Part shown: piece by piece, positions 23,831 to 32,000 of the stretch
How positions within the stretch are numbered: the stretch's first letter is position 1
Layout of the letters: each line of letters starts with the position of its first letter
Assembly: GCA_030148485.1 (NCBI GenBank)
Contig: JASBTJ010000025.1
Coordinates: 23,236 to 55,235 of the forward strand
Length of the DNA stretch: 32,000 bases
Source: Gammaproteobacteria bacterium
GTDB taxonomy: Bacteria > Pseudomonadota > Gammaproteobacteria > Chromatiales > Chromatiaceae
Reading direction: 5' to 3'
Made by a program: the position numbers and the translations under genes
The notes under the pieces: generated by a model
The model's database searches: none
Seen by the model: the letters and a program-made list of their open reading frames with translations, nothing else
What the model was told of the DNA's origin: nothing

Positions 23831-24467
23831 TCCAAAGGTATTTGTGTAGTTGCAGCTGAAAACGCACCGGCAGTTTGTCGGCCAGGATCCACTCGGCGAG
23901 TTGTCGCGGGTCCTGTTGCCCATGGCTGGGCGACAACAACAATTCACAACGGCCCGCCAGCGCGTGCTCGGCGATCTGGGCCTTGGCCCAGTCGTAGTCG
24001 CCGCGATCGCAGATCACGAACTTGAGCTGATCCTTGGCATCCAGATAGTCGAGATTCCGGTACAGGTTCTTTTGCCGCTCCCCGGAGGCCGGGGTCTTCA
24101 GGTCCATGACCTTCACCACCCGGGGGTCGACGTCGGAAACATCCAGTGCACCGCTGGTTTCCAGGGACACCTCATAACCAGCGTCACAAAGCTGTTGCAG
24201 CAGAACCAGACAATCCTTTTGCGCCAGGGGCTCACCGCCGGTCACCGTGACATGGTGAGCACCATAATCGGCCACCTGGGCAAGAATGTCGTCCAGCTCA
24301 CGCCACTCGCCGCCCTTGAAGGCGTACGCGGTATCACAGTAGCCGCAGCGTAACGGGCACCCGGTCAGACGCACGAACACCGTGGGCAGGCCGACGGTAC
24401 GACTCTCCCCCTGCAGGGAATGGAAAATTTCAGTGATGCGCAAACGTGACACGACAGTACGGCTCAA
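23811..24467 (-). CDS. queE: 7-carboxy-7-deazaguanine synthase (radical SAM)
   Basis: [42 protein letters not shown] is the QueE CxxxCxxC radical-SAM motif. The start is ambiguous: TTG at 24467 or GTG at 24452. Confidence 0.9.
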   Translation of the reverse strand: MSRTVVSRLRITEIFHSLQGESRTVGLPTVFVRLTGCPLRCGYCDTAYAFKGGEWRELDDILAQVADYGAHHVTVTGGEPLAQKDCLVLLQQLCDAGYEVSLETSGALDVSDVDPRVVKVMDLKTPASGERQKNLYRNLDYLDAKDQLKFVICDRGDYDWAKAQIAEHALAGRCELLLSPSHGQQDPRQLAEWILADKLPVRFQLQLHKYLWNDAPGH

Positions 24468-25234
24468 CGCCGTTCGCTGGCAATCCGATCCAGACGCTGT
24501 TGAGCCATGCCGGCCTCGGCGGAACCGGGATAGTCCTTGACGACCTGTTCAAGCACCTTGCGCGCCTCATCGGGTTTGCCGGTGGCGTGCAACAGGTAGC
24601 CGATCTTCAACCAGGCGCCGCGGGCCTTGGGGCTGGCGGGATCCTTTTCCACCACGTTGCGGAACGCCGTCAAGGCCTGATCGTTCTGGTTGGTCACGTA
24701 ATACGCCTCGGCCAGCCAATAACGCGCATTGGGCGCGAATTCGCCGTTGGGATATTTAGCCAAGAAATCGTTGAAGGCAACAATGGCTTCAGGGTAGCGC
24801 CGTTGCGCCGGGCGCAACAGATCGTAGGCGGCATCATAGGCCGCCTGCTCGGCCACCGGGTCCACCGGTGCGGCGGGCGGCGGTACCGCGCTGCCATTTC
24901 CTTCGGCGGCAACCGCCGATCCCCCCTCGGTCGCGGTCGGCGGTGCGGCCGATGGCGGCGCACCGGCCTGCAGCGTAGACAGCCGCTGATCGATATCCAG
25001 GTAAAGATCGCGCTGCTTACGTTCCAAGCCGTTCAATCTGTGCTGCTGTTCCTCGAGCTGACCCCGCAACTGCTGGTTCTCCTGACGCAGGGCCTGGATC
25101 TGCAAGGTCATATCCGAAATGGACGACGCCCGGCGCTCCAGCAGCTCCAGGCGTTGTTCGGTCGAGAGCCGGGGCTGGGCGACGGCCGAGGCCGTCGCCA
25201 GCGCCAGCGCAGCGGTCAATAGCTGCGAACGCAC
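24464..25234 (-). CDS. cpoB: Tol-Pal system protein CpoB/YbgF
   Basis: Signal peptide, coiled-coil N-terminus, a Pro/Ala linker and C-terminal TPR repeats. It sits directly downstream of pal. Confidence 0.85.
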   Translation of the reverse strand: MRSQLLTAALALATASAVAQPRLSTEQRLELLERRASSISDMTLQIQALRQENQQLRGQLEEQQHRLNGLERKQRDLYLDIDQRLSTLQAGAPPSAAPPTATEGGSAVAAEGNGSAVPPPAAPVDPVAEQAAYDAAYDLLRPAQRRYPEAIVAFNDFLAKYPNGEFAPNARYWLAEAYYVTNQNDQALTAFRNVVEKDPASPKARGAWLKIGYLLHATGKPDEARKVLEQVVKDYPGSAEAGMAQQRLDRIASERR

Positions 25235-25240
25235 GTCGAA

Positions 25241-25774
25241 TCAGTACTGGTAGACCAGCACGGCGCGACGGTTCTTGGACCAAGCCGCCTCGTCATGGGC
25301 CGGGTCGGCGGGACGCTCTTCGCCATAGCTGATGGTGGTCATCTGATTGGCGGCCACGCCTTCAGCAGCCAGGAAGTCATGGACGGAATTGGCACGACGC
25401 TCCCCCAGACCGATGTTGTACTCGCGCGAACCGCGCTCGTCCGCATGACCTTCGATGCTCACGCTGACAGCGGGGTTGCTCGCCAAGAAGGCCGCGTGGG
25501 CACGCAGCATGTCGACATACTCGCTGCGGATGGTGCTCTGATCGAAATCGAAGTACACAACCTTGTTGTACAGCACGCTGTTGGGATCTTCCAACTGCGC
25601 GGCATAGACACCGGCCGCACCAGCGGCGCCGGAGGCCTCGGCACCGGCCTCAACCGTGGCGGCACCACGATCCTGGACCTGGGCACCGCCGTCTTTCTTG
25701 GGAGTGCCGCCGCAGGCGGACAGCACCATGGCAGCCGCAATCAGCGCGGCCCACGACCAGATACGGGTTTTCAT
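25241..25774 (-). CDS. pal: peptidoglycan-associated lipoprotein
   Basis: Lipobox VLSAC plus an OmpA-like C-terminal domain ([11 protein letters not shown]...[20 protein letters not shown]). Confidence 0.9.
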   Translation of the reverse strand: MKTRIWSWAALIAAAMVLSACGGTPKKDGGAQVQDRGAATVEAGAEASGAAGAAGVYAAQLEDPNSVLYNKVVYFDFDQSTIRSEYVDMLRAHAAFLASNPAVSVSIEGHADERGSREYNIGLGERRANSVHDFLAAEGVAANQMTTISYGEERPADPAHDEAAWSKNRRAVLVYQY

Positions 25775-25797
25775 TTCGGAGACTCCAAATTATGTTT

Positions 25798-27096
25798 TTA
25801 GCGTTGAGAGAATGGAGACCAGACCGGCTCACGCACATCGCCGGTCTGCAGTCCTAGGCGTTGTTTGACACGTCCATCCGTGGATACGGCGGCGAGCACA
25901 CCTCGGCCCTTCGCCCTCGTGGCATAAATTATCATGCTGCCGTTGGGGGCGAAACTGGGCGATTCATCAAGACGGCCGTCACTGAGCGCTTGAATCCCGC
26001 GGGTTTTGAGGTCCATCACACCAATCCGATACTGGCCGTCGACGCGGGTCACCAGAGTGAGTGACTTCCCGTCCGGGGAGTACGAGGCGCGGGCGTTGTA
26101 GCCACCGTCAAAGGACAGCCGCTCGGCCGAACCACCGCCGGCCGCCACCCGGTAGATCTGCGGCGCGCCGCCGCGATCGGAGGTGAACACGATGTGCTGA
26201 CCATCCGGCGACCAGGCCGGCTCGGTGTCGATGGCCCAATGTCGGGTCACCGGCCGCAACTGTTTGTTCAACAGATCCATGACGAAGATATCCGGATTGC
26301 CATCCTTGGACAGCGCCAGCGCAAGATAACGGCCGTCCGGCGACCAGGCCGGCGCGCCGTTGATCCCCTTGAAGGCGCTGACCCGCTCGCGACGGCCGGT
26401 CAGTACGTCCTGCACCCAGACGCTGGGTTTGCGGCGTTCAAAGGAAACATAAGCCAGTTTCTTGCCGTCCGGCGACCAGGCCGGCGACAGGATCGGCTCG
26501 TCCGATGCCAGGATGGTCTGGGGATTGAATCCATCGGCGTCGGCGACTTGCAGTTCCAGCCGTTCGCTGCCGTCCTTTTGGCGATGCGCGATCACGTAGG
26601 CGATGCGGGTCGAGAACGCGCCCCGCTCGCCAGTCAGGGTTTCATAGATGATGTCGGCGATATGGTGCGCAGCCGCACGTAGGTCCCGCGCCGTGGTGGC
26701 AATACTGTAGCCGGCGATCTGTTCCCCGCGATACACGTCGAACAGCTGGAAACGCGCCAGGTACCCGCCGACTCCGTTGGGCGACAGTTCGCCCACCACC
26801 AGGTTTTCCATACGCAGTGCACGCCAGTCCCGGAAGTCGACATCGGTACCCCGGTGGGGCTTGGACAACATCTGGTCGGCCGACAAGGGTTTGAAACGTC
26901 CGCTGCGGGCCAGGTCGGCGGCGACGATCTCTCCCAGGTCGTATTTCGGTGCGCCCGCGCCGGTTCCGGTCCAGCCGAAGGGCACCACCGCGATGGGCAG
27001 CGCACCCTCCGCACCTTGGGTGATCTCGATCACCAGATCGGCCCTGGCGGCGAACGCCCAGGGCAACATCAGCAGGATCAGCCAGAATCTACGCAT
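25798..27096 (-). CDS. tolB: Tol-Pal system beta-propeller protein TolB
   Basis: 432 aa with a signal peptide and repeated PAWSPDG propeller blades. Confidence 0.9.
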   Translation of the reverse strand: MRRFWLILLMLPWAFAARADLVIEITQGAEGALPIAVVPFGWTGTGAGAPKYDLGEIVAADLARSGRFKPLSADQMLSKPHRGTDVDFRDWRALRMENLVVGELSPNGVGGYLARFQLFDVYRGEQIAGYSIATTARDLRAAAHHIADIIYETLTGERGAFSTRIAYVIAHRQKDGSERLELQVADADGFNPQTILASDEPILSPAWSPDGKKLAYVSFERRKPSVWVQDVLTGRRERVSAFKGINGAPAWSPDGRYLALALSKDGNPDIFVMDLLNKQLRPVTRHWAIDTEPAWSPDGQHIVFTSDRGGAPQIYRVAAGGGSAERLSFDGGYNARASYSPDGKSLTLVTRVDGQYRIGVMDLKTRGIQALSDGRLDESPSFAPNGSMIIYATRAKGRGVLAAVSTDGRVKQRLGLQTGDVREPVWSPFSQR

Positions 27097-27108
27097 CGTC
27101 TCGTTCAG

Positions 27109-28122
27109 CTATCGGTTGTTGTCAGGATCAAACACGAAGGTGATGTCCCGGAAGTCATTTTGCAGCGTGGCCGAAGCCGGCACCGGTAACGGGTCGGCCT
27201 TTCGAACTGCCGCTTCCACGGATCGGTCGAAGGCCCCGTTACCGCTGGACTTAACCACCTGGGCCAACAGCACCGAGCCGTTTACGCCCAGGCGAACACG
27301 CACCTCGCACTTCAGATTCGCGGTACCCGGCGGCCGCAGCCAGTTGCGCTCGATCTTGTTGCGGATCGCGGCGATGGCGGTGGCTCTCTCGCCGGCCAGT
27401 CGCTCGGATTCCAAGGCCGCGGCCATTTCCTTCTCACGCGCTTCCTGTTCCGCCTTGGCCCGGGCGACGGCCTCCTGACGCTTGCGTTCGGCCTCGGCCT
27501 TCCTGCGGGCCGCCTCGCGGGCCGCCTTTTCCTTGGCTTCGCGCTCCGCTTGGGCCCGAGCGTCGGCTTCCGCCTTGGCTTTTGCTTCGGCTGCGGCCTT
27601 TTTGCGTGCGACCTCCTCGGCCTTGCGCTTGGCCTCGGCCGCGGCGCGCTCCTGTTCTTGGGCCTTGCGCTGTTGTTCGAGTTCCTGGAGTTTCTTCGCC
27701 TCCGCCTGTTTTTTGCGCTCGATCTCGGCCAGGCGCTGCTGCTCTTGCGCCGCCTGCTTACGCGCCTGCTCGGCCCGCTCGGTGGCCTCAGCTTCCCGCG
27801 CCTTGCGGTCGGCCTCCAATTTCGCCAACCGCTGTTGCTCGGCCGCTTGTTGCTCGCGCAATTTTGCCAGCCTGTCCTGCTCGCGCTGCTCTGCCGCCGC
27901 TTGCTCCCGTGCGCGCCGATCCTGCTCTGCCTTAAGTTGTGCGGCCCGCTCGGCCACTTTGTCGGTATCCAGCAGACGGGCTTGGACGGGCGCCTGTTCG
28001 CCGACCCTCGGTTTGGGCTGGGTGCGCCATTCCAATCCCACGATCATGAACACCACCAGAGCCAGGTGTGCCGCAATAGCGAACACCACCGCCAGCGGAT
28101 TGCGCCGGAACAACTCGCGCAT
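27109..28122 (-). CDS. tolA: Tol-Pal system protein TolA
   Basis: N-terminal TM anchor, a long A/E/K/R-rich helical domain and a TolA C-terminal domain (...KCEVRVRLGVNGSVL...SSGNGAFDRSVEAAVRKA). Confidence 0.85.
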   Translation of the reverse strand: MRELFRRNPLAVVFAIAAHLALVVFMIVGLEWRTQPKPRVGEQAPVQARLLDTDKVAERAAQLKAEQDRRAREQAAAEQREQDRLAKLREQQAAEQQRLAKLEADRKAREAEATERAEQARKQAAQEQQRLAEIERKKQAEAKKLQELEQQRKAQEQERAAAEAKRKAEEVARKKAAAEAKAKAEADARAQAEREAKEKAAREAARRKAEAERKRQEAVARAKAEQEAREKEMAAALESERLAGERATAIAAIRNKIERNWLRPPGTANLKCEVRVRLGVNGSVLLAQVVKSSGNGAFDRSVEAAVRKADPLPVPASATLQNDFRDITFVFDPDNNR

Positions 28123-28125
28123 GGT

Positions 28126-28554
<429 letters not shown>

Positions 28555-28564
28555 GACGATGTCC

Positions 28565-29254
28565 TCAGGCGCCACCGACCTGGGCGCCGGCGTGGGCCTG
28601 GCGCTGCAGGATGTTGGAAAACTCTTCCAGGAAGTCGTCATAACGCCCTTCCAGGCGTTCCACGTTGTGCGAGAACTTGTTGTACACCACCACGGCCGGG
28701 ATGGCGGCGAACAGACCCATCGCCGTGGCGATCAACGCTTCGGCGATACCGGGCGCGACCAGGTTCAGCGTCGCCTGCTTGACGTTACCCAGCGCCTGGA
28801 AGGCGTTCATGATTCCCCACACGGTACCGAACAAGCCGACATACGGGCTGGTGTAACCCACCGTGGCCAGAAACGACAGATTGGTCTCCAGTTTGTCCAC
28901 CTCGCGGCTGCTGGCGACGCGCATGGCGCGGCGCACACTTTCCACCATGTCGGCGCTATCCAGGGCATGCCCTTCGCGCAGCTTGGCATATTCGCGAAAG
29001 CCGGCATGGAAGATCGCGCTCATGCCGGTGGCGGTGCTTTTGTCGATGCCACGATACAGCTTGGCCAGGTCACCCCCGGACCAGAAGCGCCGCTCGAACT
29101 CGTCCGCTTCCAGCCGGGCGGCCTTGAGCATCTTGAGACGGTCGAACACCATCGCCCAGGACACGACGGAGGCCATCAGCAGCGCCGCCATGACCAACTG
29201 GACCAGCGGGCTGGCGCCGAGCACCAGGTGCAGGAAGGAAAGATCAGTCTGCAT
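28565..29254 (-). CDS. tolQ: Tol-Pal system protein TolQ
   Basis: 229-aa MotA/TolQ/ExbB-type ORF (…[15 protein letters not shown]…[17 protein letters not shown]). Confidence 0.9.
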   Translation of the reverse strand: MQTDLSFLHLVLGASPLVQLVMAALLMASVVSWAMVFDRLKMLKAARLEADEFERRFWSGGDLAKLYRGIDKSTATGMSAIFHAGFREYAKLREGHALDSADMVESVRRAMRVASSREVDKLETNLSFLATVGYTSPYVGLFGTVWGIMNAFQALGNVKQATLNLVAPGIAEALIATAMGLFAAIPAVVVYNKFSHNVERLEGRYDDFLEEFSNILQRQAHAGAQVGGA

Positions 29255-29663
29255 CGCGCAACTTCTCCAAAATCAAATCGGGCACCGCCTTGGGGCGGAA
29301 ACGTTCAGGATCCACGCATACCACCTGCACCTCGGCACGGGCCAGGGGCTTGTCGTCATTTTCACGGATCACCTGCTGATCCAGCAGCAGCCGTGCGCCG
29401 CGGTTCTCACGCACGTCCACGGTCACCACCAAGGCATCGTTGAACCGTGCCGGGCGCAGATAATCGATGGCAACGCGGCTGACCACGAACAACACACCCT
29501 GGTCCGCCCGCAGCGCATCCTGCTCGAAGCCGGCCGCGCGCAGCCACTCAGTGCGCGCCCGTTCAAGAAAGTTCAAATACTGACTGTGATACACCACGCC
29601 GCCGGCGTCGGTATCCTCGTAGTAGACCCGTACGGGCCAATGAAATGCGGGTTTGGACGCCAT
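29244..29663 (-). CDS. ybgC: Tol-Pal-associated acyl-CoA thioesterase YbgC
   Basis: 139-aa hotdog-fold ORF with VRVYYEDTDAGGVVYHSQYLNFLERARTEWLR. Confidence 0.85.
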   Translation of the reverse strand: MASKPAFHWPVRVYYEDTDAGGVVYHSQYLNFLERARTEWLRAAGFEQDALRADQGVLFVVSRVAIDYLRPARFNDALVVTVDVRENRGARLLLDQQVIRENDDKPLARAEVQVVCVDPERFRPKAVPDLILEKLRDAD

Positions 29664-29693
29664 GATCGCGAACTGTTGGCTGGCTCGGTCGAG

Positions 29694-30740
<1,047 letters not shown>

Positions 30741-30988
30741 ATGTTTGGGGATGCCGAGGTCGAAATTACGCGCATGAACACCGCTCCGATGTCCCGCCAG
30801 GATACTACACCGGGACAAGGCACGACGCTCGTCTGGCGCGAACACTCGAGATTAGGTACCCTTCAGGCGTATAAGTACATAACGTGTGCGGTTTTAAAGC
30901 TTGGCGAAGATGGCCCGACAACCTGTATTGAGGCTGTCTCAAAGACCAAAATCGCCGGGTCAAATCTAATCTCAAGGGGGGGGGCGTC

Positions 30989-31513
30989 ATGCATATGTTT
31001 CGCCTGTTGTTCTGCGTTACGTGTTTATCGCTGGCGAGCAATCTCGCGTTCGCTGACAAGCCGTCCAGCGATACCGACAGCACCACGGAATCCGGCGACA
31101 CCCACGAGCATGAGGATTCCCAGGAGCATGAGGATTCCCAGGAGCACGAGGATTCCCAGGAGCACGAGGATTCCCAGGAGCACGAGGATTCCGGCGATTC
31201 CGGTGACTCCAGCGATTCTGGGGATTCCGGCGACTCGTCGAAATCGGGCCCGGAGAAAAAGGTCACCATTTGCCACTATCCCGGCGGCGACAAATCCAAG
31301 GGCCACACGATTACCATCTCGCAAAGCGCCGTAGCCCATCCGCATCAGTCCTTGCACGGCGACACGCTTGGCGCCTGCTCGGGAGGCAGCGCGGTACCCG
31401 CCGGCGGCAGCTCGGCGACGCTGACCATCTGCGGCGCCGCGGGCAAGCCCGGGCGAGCGGTTGTCGTGTCCGGCACCGGACGGGTCGGTAGCCGCCCGGC
31501 GACCTGCAAGTAA
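30989..31513 (+). CDS. secreted acidic His-rich tandem-repeat protein with Cys-containing C-terminal domain
   Basis: Signal peptide MHMFRLLFCVTCLSLASNLAFA. It is followed by (EHEDSQ)x4-5 and (GDS)-type repeats, then KKVTICHYPGGDKSKGHTITISQSAVAHPHQSLHGDTLGAC. GGGGGG/AAGG lies upstream of the ATG. Confidence 0.7.
   Translation: MHMFRLLFCVTCLSLASNLAFADKPSSDTDSTTESGDTHEHEDSQEHEDSQEHEDSQEHEDSQEHEDSGDSGDSSDSGDSGDSSKSGPEKKVTICHYPGGDKSKGHTITISQSAVAHPHQSLHGDTLGACSGGSAVPAGGSSATLTICGAAGKPGRAVVVSGTGRVGSRPATCK
31106..31240 (+). repeat. in-frame tandem repeats (18-nt unit x ~4.7, then 9-nt GDS-type units)
   Basis: GAGCA(T/C)GAGGATTCCCAG repeats head-to-tail from 31106 to about 31192. It is followed by GGCGATTCC/GGTGACTCC/AGCGATTCT/GGGGATTCC/GGCGACTCG. 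Confidence 0.9.
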
Positions 31514-31547
31514 CGCCTGAGGTGCGATGTGCCCGATCAGCGGGGCG

Positions 31548-32000
31548 TCAAGCCTTCACGGCACCTTGCAAGGCGGCCTTGATGATGTCTTCCGTTCCAC
31601 AGCCCGCCGCATCGACGGCGCGCACCATGCGGCTGGCATCAGCTGGCTTGTAGCCCAGCGCGACCAGGGCGCTCAGCGCGTCCGCCACCGGATCGGCCGG
31701 CGTCGAGCCGGCGGCGGGCGTGGCCATAGGCTGCAATGGTGCAGCGTTACCCGATAGCCCTTCCAGGCGATCACGCATCTCCACCACCAACCGCTCGGCG
31801 GTCTTTTTGCCCACCCCGGGCACCCGGGTGAGCGCGGCGATGTCACCCGCCTGCACGCACAGCGCGAACTCGTCCGCGGTCATGCCTGACAGGATCGCCA
31901 ACGCCATCTTGCCGCCCACGCCGTTGACCTTGAGCAAGGCGCGAAACAACGCACGATCCCCTTCACGGGCGAAGGCGTAGAGGATATGGGCGTCTTCGCG
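31548..32000 (-). CDS. ruvA: Holliday junction DNA helicase RuvA (C-terminal ~150 codons; N-terminus beyond window end)
   Basis: The frame is open to position 32000 (REDAHILYAFAREGDRALFRALLKVNGVGGKMALAILSG...). It has HhH motifs (VPGVGKKTAERL) and C-terminal domain III (ALVALGYKPADASRMV). Confidence 0.9.
   Translation of the reverse strand, partial: REDAHILYAFAREGDRALFRALLKVNGVGGKMALAILSGMTADEFALCVQAGDIAALTRVPGVGKKTAERLVVEMRDRLEGLSGNAAPLQPMATPAAGSTPADPVADALSALVALGYKPADASRMVRAVDAAGCGTEDIIKAALQGAVKA

Noticed and set aside
30922-30937. Possible LexA (SOS) box upstream of ruvB: CTGTATTGAGGCTGTC
   Set aside because: The second half-site is TGTC rather than ACAG, so it does not fit CTGT-N8-ACAG.
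31106-31240. Short tandem repeats as a possible CRISPR array
   Set aside because: The 18-nt units are contiguous with no spacers. They are in frame inside a signal-peptide-bearing ORF and encode EHEDSQ repeats.

Overview
High-GC gammaproteobacterial-type chromosome segment, possibly from a sulfur-oxidising autotroph since prk and yeeE are both present. LEFT (1-5.7 kb): the tail of an Mrp/Mnh cation/proton antiporter operon on the minus strand in E-F-G-B order, then phosphoribulokinase, a FIST-domain protein, a 470-nt gene-free gap, a DnaJ-related protein and a hypothetical protein. MIDDLE (about 5.7-21.6 kb): accessory DNA next to tRNA-Lys(UUU), in two parts. (i) A decayed defence islet holds a frameshifted, truncated type I R-M hsdM remnant and an intact AbiEi/AbiEii-like regulator/nucleotidyltransferase pair. 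(ii) A ~13-kb integrase-bearing element carries a P4-type integrase, AlpA, a DUF1376 replication protein with a candidate -1 frameshift cassette, and a DnaB-like helicase. It also carries one 7.06-kb reading frame, interrupted by a single TAG, that encodes a PLxRFG/DUF3560-like 'polyvalent' giant protein. I found no virion, relaxase or secretion genes in this element, and it is the most unusual content of the window. RIGHT (21.7-32 kb): the conserved yeeE-queC-queE-cpoB-pal-tolB-tolA-tolR-tolQ-ybgC-ruvB ... ruvA block. Here ruvB and ruvA are split by an opposite-strand gene for a secreted acidic, His-rich tandem-repeat protein. All calls rest on reading the ORF translations and the nucleotide sequence by eye. 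No database search was run.
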